Shown: piece by piece, positions 37,061 through 48,710 of the stretch
Layout: each line of letters opens with the position of its first letter
How positions within the stretch are numbered: the first letter of the stretch is position 1
DNA from: Bugula neritina
Lineage: Eukaryota > Animalia > Bryozoa
Assembly: GCA_964035545.1 (NCBI GenBank)
Contig: OZ037766.1
Location: 682,001 to 746,000, forward strand
Reading direction: 5' to 3'
DNA length: 64,000 nt
Made by a program: the position numbers and the translations under genes
Notes under the pieces: model-generated
Seen by the model: only the letters and a program-made list of their open reading frames with translations
Told to the model about the DNA's origin: nothing
Database searches by the model: none

Positions 37061-40000
37061 ATGGATGTGGACGTATCAACGGAACTGGCCCTGTCTACCG
37101 ACGAAGAAGTAGAAGAAGAGTTAGCTACGTCGAGGCTGTCTGAGAAGAAAATAGAGAATTTAAAGATCTCTATAGACAATGAGTTTGACGCTGAAGCTGG
37201 CGTGACCTTCGTCAAACTTGAACCTGAAACTCGGTCACCCCAGAGTGAGGATAATGCAGTTCACATTGTCAAACCTTTTCTACAAAAGTCAAGGTCAAAG
37301 AACAATAGCTACTTTACCAAGGTAGTCACATGTATACAGTATAATAGTCACGTGTATACAGTATAATAGTCACGTGTATACAGTATAATAGTCACGTGTA
37401 TACAGTATAATAGTCACGTATATACAGTATAATAGTCACGTGTATACAGTATAATAGTCACATGTATACAGTATAGTAGTCACATGTATACAGTATAATA
37501 GTCACATGTATACAGTATAGTAGTCACATGTATACAGTATAATAGTCACATGTATACAGTATAGTAGTCACGTGTATACAGTATAATAGTCACATGTATA
37601 CAGTATAATAGTCACATGTATACAGTATAATAGTCACGTGTATACAGTATAATAGTCACATGTATACAGTATAATAGTCACATGTATACAGTATAATAGT
37701 CACATGTATACAGTATAATATTCACATGTATACAGTATAGTAGTCACATGTATACAGTATAATAGTCACATGTATACAGTATAATAGTCACATGTATACA
37801 GTATAATAGTCACGTGTATACAGTATAATAGTCACATGTATACAGTATAATAGTCACATGCTGTATTTAATATTGAAGGATCAAGTCAAAGTATACAGTA
37901 ACTCGATGGCGGGGAACTTTGAAGTTGGTATCGACATGTCCAGTGAAGTAATTATTTATCATATTACTTTATATTAAATATATTTTACTATGTGTTATAT
38001 TGCTATTTTACTATGTGTTATATTGCTATTTTACTATGTGTTATATTGCTATTTTACTATGTGTTATATTGCTATTTTACTATGTGTTATATTGCTATTT
38101 TACTATGTGTTATACTGCTATTTTACTATGTGTTATATTGCTAGTTCTGCTGTCACACATTTCAAAATGCTGTCGTTTATCTCAGGAATCCAAATCCAAA
38201 CGGGAGGAACGGGCCAAGAGGTTTGGGATGGAGAACATGGAGGTGGTAACTCCCCAGTATGATGTTGAATCTCTCTACCAGAGGTGTGTGTGCCTGTATA
38301 TTCACCTGTATATTCACCTGTGTGTTCACCTGTAGACTGAGAGTGTAGAGAGTATAGACTGAGAGTGTAGACTGAGAGACTAGAGAATATAGACTGAGAG
38401 ACTAGAGAATATAGACTGAGAGACTAGAGTGTAGACTGAGGTACTAGAGTGTAGACTGAGAGACAGAGGGTAGACTGAGAGACTAGAGTATAGACTGAGA
38501 CACTAGATATTCTCATATAGAACTACTCTCCCCTTAGCCTAGGTATCACACCAGCTGATCTCAAGCGCAGCGGGCTGATGGAGGTGCGTACCAACACGAT
38601 TCTGCTGAGAGGAGTGAATGAGATGAGTACAGACGACATATTCAACTACTTTGCTAAATATCCTCCGACTAGTCTACAGTGGATAGACGACTCCCTCTGT
38701 AAGATTTAAATTATATCTCTACTTCTCTATCTCATCTTAATAAAGTTGTTTTACTTTATTTAATTTCCTCCAAATTTCTAGATAGAAGATTGTGAAGATA
38801 ATTTGTTAGGATTGATATTACCTTGACTCGTTCACACGTCAGCTTCCAGCGTTTCATATATCAGTTTATTCAAAGAGTGTGCCTCTCTCATTGGTTTGCT
38901 ATTTAGCACTGTTTATGCCAGAGGCTAAGAAGAAACTTTTCTCATCAGGTTTTCAACTAAATTTCCCTTTTACTGGCACAGCAATGACCTCTAATGACCT
39001 CTAACCTTTCAGGTAACCTCATATATGCAAACGCCCACGACTGTAACCGAGCTCTATTCAACATGAGTTATCCAATCACGACGAAGGTCTCAGCACAAAC
39101 AGGAAGTGGGGTTAGTAAAGAGACATCTACTGGTGCTGACAACTCCATCAACTCACTAGACAGTAATTTAGACATCAATGCTGACAAACAGACAGACTCA
39201 CATCAGGTTAGTATCTGTTTCCTGGATGGACAGGAAGGACTTCCTCTTCTTTGTGGTCAAGAGGCAGGAATGTGCGGAACCCCGACTTACTGTTTATAGC
39301 GAAGCTGGGATTCAGCTTAAGATGAATGTGTCTCAGTCATGTGTGATGATTCAATTTGAACTTCCCAAATACTTGGCAAAGTATTGCATAAGTTGAACTC
39401 CTTTACATTGGATAAACTGAGACACTGAGCTGGCCCAAGGAGATATTGTTAATGGGAAGAATGGTTGCACGCTATTGCCGGGTATAAATCAATTTTTTAG
39501 AACACCATGAAATGTAAGGACATAAACAGTATATTGCTCTGCTGCCCAGTACCGCAGTGAATAAACCTGCAGCATCTATTGCCTAGGCATATTTCCTTGT
39601 GCTCATCTTGTGAATGTAAAGTAACTTATGATTGTAGACCAGCGAAGGTAACACAACTCCCAACACGTGTCCTTCAGGAGCAGCTGAGGTGTATATAGAT
39701 GAAAGTGAGGTTCCCCCAGGCAAATGGAGGGTGGGGACTAGTGCAAAAAATGTGAAGTGCAGACTATTTATGAGACTAGCTACCAAGGGTAAACACTTTC
39801 TTGTATTGGACAGACTTCAGTCCTAATTTGAAATCAGCTTTTGTGTGGCCAGAGTTATTTCTTAGCTTGACTTTGTCTACATGGTACACTTGATTTCAGC
39901 CAGTGTGTAGAATAAACCTATTCTGATTTTCATCACATGTTTTGGGAAATTGTTTCATCAGTAAATATTTTAAGATTGCGCATGTTTTAGTGCAACCATT

Positions 40001-42205
40001 TTGAGTAGGCTAAGTATTAAGTAAGTGTAAAGTTGTTAATCAACAAGTATAGAGTAAGTAAACAGATATGTAGAGAAGGTGTAGTGTAAGTGAAAGTTAC
40101 ATTCATTTTAACTTACTCATCACATTCTGGTTGGATTTTTTTCCGGTGCCTTCATTTTTCTAGTTGAAATATTCTGTGAAATGCCTGTTGCATTGTTTAC
40201 TAAATTTTGCAAATATTTTATATTTTAAATAATGACTGTTGAAACTAAAACAACATTTTGATAGAAATAGTGTAACAGATTTTAATGAGTCACATCACTT
40301 TTGTTTTTAGTTGTTATTTTGAGATTGTCAGTCACTCTGGCGTTCAGTGCTGGATGTATTCAGTGTGAGTCACTGTTCCTCGTCAAATGGGAAGACAACT
40401 CAGTGTATGAAATAGAATAGAGAGTTTGTTATATAGACATGATATCCTCATACAGGTGATGTGAAGAAGAAGGGTGCCGAGAGAAGCAGCCAGTATTACA
40501 GGAGGTACGGAAACCCCAACTATGGCGGGATGCAGGGCCTCATCTCCATGTCTAAGTACGACATTGCATCATCATAGCTTCGTATATAATATATGTAATA
40601 AGTAATGTATATGATATATAATAAGTAATATATATAATATATTTATCTAATTATGGACTGTTTTATGTTTCTCCTGAAGAAAGCAGAGATTCTGGAAACA
40701 ACAGAACAGGAAGTTAGAGAAAGAGGCAAAGGAAGTTGTGGCTGGGAGCAGGTCAAAGGTCACATACGAAGAAGGAGATGTAGTCGGTGATATCTATACT
40801 GAGAATGAGGCTGATGCTAGGTCAAGGCTGACGGAGAATGGCAGCAGAGAAAGAGACAGCATACAGGGGAGACGTAAGCGAGGCTGGCAGCTGACAGGTA
40901 AAATACCGAATAGAGATTCAGTTATACACTCGGTGTGAATATTTACTCTTCTCTCTATAAACCATGAAAATGTTTTACTAAGGAATTGGCAAGTTATGTA
41001 GCCAATCAGATAAAAGTGTTAAGCTGTCCACCCAATTAGATGAGAGTATTGAACTGTCTAACCAATCAGATGAGATTATTGAAGTGTCTTTTTTCTCACA
41101 GCGGATACAGAAGACATCGCAGAGTATTTGGATCAGCCGGTTCCCGGAAAGAAGTCAAAACCGACAAAGAAAATGGCTGCTGACGAGGAGGAAGAGAGGC
41201 GGAGTCTGTTGAGGTGACAGTGTAGAATAGAGCTATGTATTCTGTAGACTAGAGGTATAGAGTGTGTATACTAGAGCTATAGATTGTGTAGACTAGAGGT
41301 ATAGACAGTGTAGACTAGAGGTATAAACAGTGTAGACTAGATTGTGTAGACTAGAGGTATAGACAGTGTAGACTAGAGCTATAGATTCTGTATAGACAGC
41401 GTAGACTAGAGCTATAGATTCTGTATAGACAGCGTAGACTAGAGCTATAGACAGTGTAGACTAGGGGTATAGACTAGAGGTATAGACAGTGTAGACTATA
41501 GATTGTGTAGACTAGAGGTATAGACAGTGTAGGCTAGAGCTATAGATTCTGTATAGACAGTATAGACTACAGGTATAGACAGTTTAGACTAGAGCTATAG
41601 ATTCTGTATAGACAGCGTAGACTAGAGCTATAGATTCTGTATAGACAGCGTAGACTAGAGCTATAGACAGTGTAGACTAGGGGTATAGACTAGAGGTATA
41701 GACAGTGTAGACTATAGATTGTGTAGACTAGAGGTATAGACAGCGTAGACTAGAGCTATAGATTCTGTATAGACAGCGTAGACTAGAGCTATAGACAGTG
41801 TAGACTAGGGGTATAGACTAGAGGTATAGACAGTGTAGACTATAGATTGTGTAGACTAGAGGTATAGACAGTGTAGGCTAGAGCTATAGATTCTGTATAG
41901 ACAGTATAGACTACAGGTATAGACAGTTTAGACTAGAGCTATAGATTCTGTATAGACAGTATAGACTAGAGCTATAGATGGTTTACTGCTTGCTGTGTTT
42001 CCACTCTCACACTTCTTATTCTACTGACAGGTTGAAAGCAGAGGCTGTGTTCTCAGCAATGGACGTGCGGAGTAATATTCAACAGAAACGAGAGGCAAGA
42101 AGACGGGAACTGTCTGTTGAAATGAATCAGCCAATCATAAAACATGAAAAAGTAAACCCGGACTTGCGAAATAGGTTGAGTAGGAGAAACGACTGGTATA
42201 GCTGA
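37061..42205 (+). CDS. NCBP3: Nuclear cap-binding protein subunit 3
   Basis: About ten exons (approx. 37061-37321, 37879-37947, 38186-38283, 38538-38698, 39013-39206, 39638-39788, 40456-40555, 40680-40897, 41102-41213, 42030-42205). They give REERAKRF, LRGVNEMSTDDIFNYFAKYPP, QWIDDS, LFMRLATK and SQYYRRYGNPNYGGMQGLIS, diagnostic of NCBP3/C17orf85. Confidence 0.93.
37323..37860. repeat. Minisatellite, 22-bp unit TAGTCAC(A/G)TGTATACAGTATAA, ~24 copies, filling NCBP3 intron 1
   Basis: Starts at the donor GT (37322) and ends about 18 nt before the acceptor. Confidence 0.92.
37981..38142. repeat. Minisatellite, 23-bp unit TATTTTACTATGTGTTATATTGC, 7 copies
   Basis: Intronic tandem repeat. Confidence 0.9.
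38331..38505. repeat. Imperfect TAGACTGAGAG-based repeat
   Basis: Intronic tandem repeat. Confidence 0.8.
41219..41977. repeat. Composite TAGACTAGAG(C/G)TATAGA repeat filling the last NCBP3 intron
   Basis: Higher-order tandem structure. Confidence 0.88.
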
Positions 42206-42475
42206 CCAATCAGATCAAACATTACATCCAGATCACATGCAATACTTTATTTCACACTAGTAGAAGAATCACAACACTGATGATATTTTACATTGTAGAT
42301 TTGCTATATTTAAATAATATTTTATTATACAAATGAGGAAATTTTGTATTCCAGTATTTTTATTATAAAAATAATTACAAAATCAATTCTGTATCATATC
42401 ATTACAATAAGAATGTGATAATATCCCGGCTTGTAGCACCAATCAATATATTAGCTGTTATAACTCTGCTAATAG

Positions 42476-42631
42476 CAAACACTGTCTGGCAGAGTGTTAT
42501 GGGAAACACTGTCTGGCAGAGTGTTAGGGGAAACACTGTCTGGCAGAGTGTTAGGGGAAACACTGTCTGGCAGAGTGTTAGGGGAAACACTGTCTGGCAG
42601 AGTGTTAGGGGAAACACTGTCTGGCAGAGTG
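42476..42631. repeat. Minisatellite, 27-bp unit GAAACACTGTCTGGCAGAGTGTTAGGG, ~6 copies
   Basis: Lies between the NCBP3 and DNAJC1 stop codons. Confidence 0.9.
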
Positions 42632-42836
42632 CTAGACTGTGGAGGAAACAAGACAACTGAACAAAACAAGCAGCGTCTTTGTTACCTACTAGTACATGTG
42701 TACTTTGCAGTACTTCTACTAGTGTAGTATGTAGACACACGGAGTTGAGTATTCTTTATAGAAAGGTTTGAGGAATGTAGAGTTGTCTTCTATCGTCTCA
42801 GTGGTAATCTAGTAACCGCGCAGGTCTTTGTTTCGC

Positions 42837-45800
42837 TTAGGAATTTGTGTTTAATAACTTCCGCTGTTTGATGACAGTGGCCAAATGTTTATATCTGGCA
42901 ATACACTCTGCCTACAAGTTAGATTTATTATTATATTATATATAATATTGTAATATATAATATAATTACATTACTATGTGATAGCATAACATACAACACA
43001 GACAGCACCACTGAAACACTTGGGGGTCGGAAAAGGGAGGAACGATTAGTTAAACATGAACATAGCCTAAGCACCAACTTGCCTTGGTTTTGTTGGGGAC
43101 TAGATTAGCTATCTCCTCCCACCGATCATCAGCAGTCTTTGGCACTGAGGCTAGAGCATTCTCTAGACATTTCTGCTGAACCTGAGTCCAGTCTGAGACC
43201 GGCTGAGACGGCGCAGAGTTACTAGCCTCAGGATCTTCAACTCGGTACGAGATTCCACCCTGGGGCTTGTAGCCGGCCCCCTTGTTTTTTATTTCTACAG
43301 TAAAGAGCTTGTGTAATTGGACTACAGACATGATTAGAAGGATATTTTACAGATGTGTCAACCTGATGACACCTGTCAATATATGTCAACAACCTGTCGG
43401 TATGTGTCAACACAAGTGATATTTACCTGGCAAAGCTGTCGCTGAGCTGCTGGCAGGTTTCTGCTGCAGTTGATTAGCCCGAGAGATCTGACTAGCCCTG
43501 GAATGAGCCTCTGCAGGTAAACAGTTGAGTTGTTGTGCTATCTTCTCCCACCTCATCTGAGTACCTACAGGGAACTTCTGCATGGCCCGGGCCAGCTTAG
43601 AGTAGTCTGCGTCTGTCCAATGAGTCTGTAAGGAACGAGTAGCTTATGTGTAAGGAGAGACAACTTCAACATATCAACACTGGCCATACAAACGAGTACT
43701 AATATCTACAGGAAAATGACATACAAATAGTAAGCAGCTTTTACTATGTCAGCAGTTGATTCATCATAACGAGATATTGTCACCTTGACCCACAGTTTAG
43801 TAATTAATAGAACAAAGTTCACTATTCCACGGCTGGCTGAGTATTACTCAACAGTTGAGAGACCTTTTTAGCCTGAGCAGTTGGTTTCTTAGCCTCAGGT
43901 GGTGAGACAGCAGGAAGGGGGGTGTCTTGGTACACCACAGGTTTGATGTAGGTGGCCATCTCTGGGGCAGACATGTTGGAGAATACGTCGTCACATCTCA
44001 CCTTCTTCTTCGACTCTTGATTGGTTTCTGCATACAGGAAGTCTGTTGAGGTGAGACAACTCCAAGTGCAAAGTGAAGTCATCAATATTATTATTAGAGA
44101 CGTCAAACTGTTGACTGATACTACGTAGAATACAGACAGACACAAGTGCGACATGAGAAAGTAAAGTGATTGTAATTTACCATCTTCAGACTCCGCCTCC
44201 CCTACTGGAGGTTTCACTCTCTGATGTAGGGCGGATAGACACCACCCTATGTTACTAGGCAAGTCAATGACTGTGCGTACAGTGAAGGTGACTAGACGGC
44301 ACACTAGCAGGTGTGAGAGGCGGGGCTTAGTCACACTTTCTAGCTCCTTCGCCATCGCTTCCTCTAAACTCTCATTATACTCCTGGTGATTCCTTCTTTT
44401 CGTGTCCTTTTTCATCCTTCTCTGAAATACTTCCTCCTACAACACAGGACCTGTGGTAGAGTACCTGTGGTCTAGTAGTAGAGTAGATCTAGTAGTAGAG
44501 TAGATCTAGTAGTAGAGTAGATCTGGTAGTAGAGTGCCAAAACTGAGAGAAACTAAGTAAGTAAAGTACACACTTACTATTTCATATCGTTTCTCCCAAA
44601 AAGCTGCCCAAATCATGGCATAGTGAATTACTGAAACTATTATCAACAAAACCAGAGCACTTTCTGTGAAGCCAAACTTTCTAACTTTCCTGTAGTAATA
44701 GATGGGTTGGCGCCATGTTGGTAGCCCATTCACTAGAATCTCATCATACCTGCAGTGTGGACACGCATTACGGATAATAACATTGGAAAAGGAACTCAAT
44801 TGATGTTTATTTCCAATTCACAGGCAACTCAGAAAATATAACTGTTGAGTCAGATGATTAGAATGCAAGTAGAAGTCTCTCAAGAATATCGCCATCATTA
44901 AAGTGAAACAGTTGTACAGTATGAGCCTGATACGTACACACATGTTCATCAGATACGTACACACATAGCAGATACGTACACATAGCAGATACGTACACAT
45001 ATAGCAGATACGTACACACATAGCAGATATGTACACACATAGCAGATACGTACACACATAGCAGATACGTACACATATAGCAGATACGTACACACATAGC
45101 AGATACGTACACATAGCAGATACGTACACATATAGCAGATACGTACACACATAGCAGATACGTACACATATAGCAGATACGTACACACATAGCAGATACA
45201 TACACATATAGCAGATACGTACACATATAGCAGATACGTACACACATAGCAGATACGTACACATATAGCAGATACGTACACATATAGCAGATACGTACAC
45301 ACATAGCAGATACGTACACATATAGCAGATACGTACACACATAGCAGATACGTACACACATAGCAGATACGTACACACATAGCAGAGATGTATACATACC
45401 GAGATCTCTTCCCATCAGTTCTCAATATGTCATAAATCCCAGCCAACTAAAAGCAAAAACTATTGTGATGTAATACAGTAAACTATTGTGATGTAATACA
45501 GTGAACTATTGTGATGTAATACAGTAAACTATTGTGATGTAATGCAGTAAACTATTGTGATGTAATGCAGTAAACTATTGTGATGTAATGCAGTAAACTA
45601 TTGTGATGTAATACAGTAAACTATTGTGATGTAATGCAGTAAACTATTGTGATGTAATGCAGTAAACTATTGTGGTGTAATGCAATGGATAAATTTTTAA
45701 GTGCTGCAAACATTGGGATTGCTGCTTTTACTTCTGCAAGTAAAAGCTGTAGATGCTACCAGTACCTGTCTAAACCTTTCTTCTGCGTCATCATTTTTAT

Positions 45801-47383
45801 TCTTGTCAGGATGCAAGACCAACGAGAGTTTTCTGTAGGCTCTACGAATGTCAGACGTGGTACAATCCTGCCGTATACACAGAACATAGACAATGACGAT
45901 GCTAATGTAAACATCTCAAACAATCAAAAGTTAGACTGTATACAATACTCATATGATCATCATCAATATGACTATTATAATCATATTGATACTCAGCTAT
46001 TGAATGATAGTCATAGTTATAGTGAATGTGATAGTCACAGTTATAGTGAATGTGAGTCATAGCGAGAGTGAAAGTGATAGTTTGAGTCTCTGACAGTCGA
46101 ACTCCAAATCTATCAGTATTACTATCAGCATCAGTCTAACTTTAACACTGTCACTATCAGTTGGAGTGGTTTCATCCCACTTGGACGCTTTTTTTATTTT
46201 GGTACAAAATATATAGTAATATACACATATAACTGTTGCATTTACTGCTAAACATGAAATAAGCTGCCAAGCCAGCTATTTGCTTTAACTCAATACTAAT
46301 TTAGCTACAGTTTATTTTATTCAAAATAACAGAATAAAATGCACAAATGCATTTCATGGTATATCACATACTGCTATATTACAACTTTACTGTACTTTAT
46401 TTTACTGTCTAAAATATCTTTTAATATATCACTTAATAAATATATTTGATATTTTTTTTAGTATATTTGGTCTATCTTTTACCTTTAAGTTTAAGGTTTG
46501 TGTAAGATGGCTTCTTATAGAAGCATTGTTACTGTAAGTGGCTTGCTGATAGCTTCTTTGTTTTCTATTATGCGCTAAATAATAGCATAAAATACATATA
46601 TTACACTAAAATTTATAAATATCATCTAACTGGGAATAGTCTAAGTGGGATAACACCGTTGGAGTATGACCATGGTTCATGGTTAATTATTTTATTTATT
46701 AGAATTAGTTATTACTTGTTTCTATTTCTTAAACTGTAAAAGTAAATTCAAAATGAAAACCTCAATAAAAATTAAACTTATATTTGAAATCACTAAATCA
46801 CTTAGTTTTGCCATCATGTGCACTTAGTCTTAGTCTTATACTGATAATTATTATAGCCATAGTGATACTGATAGTGATAGTTATAGCAAGATTTACGGCA
46901 AATTTATTATTCAGTTTTAATTTAAAACCAATTGTTATTGTCATTCACTCATTGACGATTTAAACTTTAGTTTTATTATTTAAAATTCAAACTTAATCAT
47001 AATGATAATGATAATGAAGTAAAATAAAACGGTAAACTTATTAAACTACAAAACTAAATTGGTAAATCATAATAGATTACCAATAATAATTGTCATTGTG
47101 ATTGTCACAATGATGATAATTCAAATTCAGATTGTCATCGTGATCGTCATTCACACTGTCATTGTCATTGTGATTGTGAAGTAATCAAGTATAAACTTAA
47201 ACTTAAAGTGAAACCAACCTTATCTAGCCCTAAAAACTCGTAGAATGTGCCGTTAACTTCTTCAACCAAATCATACAAATCTAACTCATAGTCTTCTAAA
47301 CAATTAACGTTTACAAACAGAGCATGACAAAACCAAGCGTATAATAAATAAATGCTAGGCTTTCCAAAGTAAAAGTTGAGCAT
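42837..47383 (-). CDS. DNAJC1: DnaJ homolog subfamily C member 1 (ERdj1/MTJ1)
   Basis: Signal peptide, ELDLYDLVEEVNGTFYEFLG, J domain (IRRAYRKLSLVLHPDKN), YDEILVNGLPTWRQPIYYYRKVRK, a TM helix, and two SANT domains (WTDADYSKLARAMQKFP; WTQVQQKCLENAL...DRWEEIA...ECIARYK). About nine exons. Confidence 0.95.
44927..45395. repeat. Minisatellite, 19-bp unit AGCAGATACGTACACA(C/T)AT with 17-bp variants
   Basis: Begins immediately inside a DNAJC1 donor site (minus strand). Confidence 0.92.
45457..45683. repeat. Minisatellite, 23-bp unit AAACTATTGTGATGTAAT(A/G)CAGT, ~10 copies
   Basis: Intronic, abutting a DNAJC1 acceptor. Confidence 0.9.
46168..46657. mobile_element. Non-autonomous DNA transposon (MITE), 490 bp, 8-bp TSD, TIRs starting GG (Merlin- or Mutator-like)
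   Basis: TSD GTTGGAGT at 46160-46167 and 46658-46665; TIRs GGTTTCATCCCACTTGGAC and GTCTAAGTGGGATAACACC; located in DNAJC1 intron 1. Confidence 0.85.
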
Positions 47384-48336
47384 TTTACCTTTTTATTTCA
47401 GTTGGCCAGCATTACATCCGGTTAGGTGATACAATCGATAAAACATTTACTCGCTACTACATATCAAACTTTTTAACTAATCATTGATCTTTGTCAAAAC
47501 CTTTTGTTTCATAGAAGACAACTCTAATTAGTTGTAAGCGCTCTGTGGAATTCACACAATAAATGATTATTGTATAGTTAGTTCATTAGAGGCATCTTTC
47601 TAATTCAATGAAATGTTTCATGAGCTTTAATAAGGTATATCTTTTGTAGTGAAGCAAAATGAAAATAAATATTTGGAGTTGTGTTCCCAGCTAGTGTGTC
47701 GCTACCACTCAGTAGCAGAAATCTTCATAAATTAAACAACGCAGTATGATATATTGATGAGGTTTTCAATATATTATTTTTTCTCAAAATTCAAAAACAT
47801 AACAATACAGTATCACGAAATAAAATAATAAAAAATAATTTCAAAACATAATAATATAGAACTGTAATCATTTAAAACTGGCAGTATAAGTCATGATTCA
47901 TTAACCTCCACCAAATACAGATTATAACTCAAATAATAAATCACCTTAACATGATGTATAACAGAAATGCTAAGTACATAACATTATATATATACAAAAC
48001 ACTAGTCTGATGTCTTAATAATACACAGTAAATATAAATTTGGGTTATGCAGACATCACTAAAATAAATCTAGATATAGGCTGAAACTGAAAGCTAACTC
48101 AGTTTACTTCAACAACTTGAGTCAAATTATGTCGCTCGCAGTCGGGTATTTGTCATTATTGTATCTATCACCTATCTAACACTAACGACATACTACTGCC
48201 AAAATGTTATATTTAATAGTTTTACTGCGTCAGCAAAGAGTCAGGAAGAACTAATATAATATTTTAATGTTGAGCAACTGGCAATTGCTAATGGAGCAGT
48301 TAATTTATAACTGCAACTAAACCACAATGGAAAGAG

Positions 48337-48404
48337 ATGAGTGCGTGAGTGAGTGAGTGAGTGAGTGAGTGAGTGAGTGAGTGAGTGAGTGAGTGAGTGA
48401 GTGA
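48337..48404. repeat. (GAGT)n microsatellite
   Basis: Lies downstream of the SLC13 stop codon. Confidence 0.92.
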
Positions 48405-48710
48405 AAAATTAAGTGTGTGACTTCATGAGTGATAAAAAACGAGCGAGTGAATCAACAAGTAAGTTAACCAGAAAGTAAATGAGTGAGTTAGTGCCATGCT
48501 TCCCTGAATCATAATAATATAATGATTCTAAAAAGTTCAGCAATATGTAGTTGAACCGCTTGTGTCATGTGTGCGTTAGCTCTATCAATTATAGATTACT
48601 AGAAGACAAAGATTAGCACCCATTTCAGCTGCTCAGCTTGTTATGGAATTTAGTAGATATTATGCAATAAAGTAATATTTAACTAAACAAAGTAGAAGTG
48701 TCAGAGTAAT

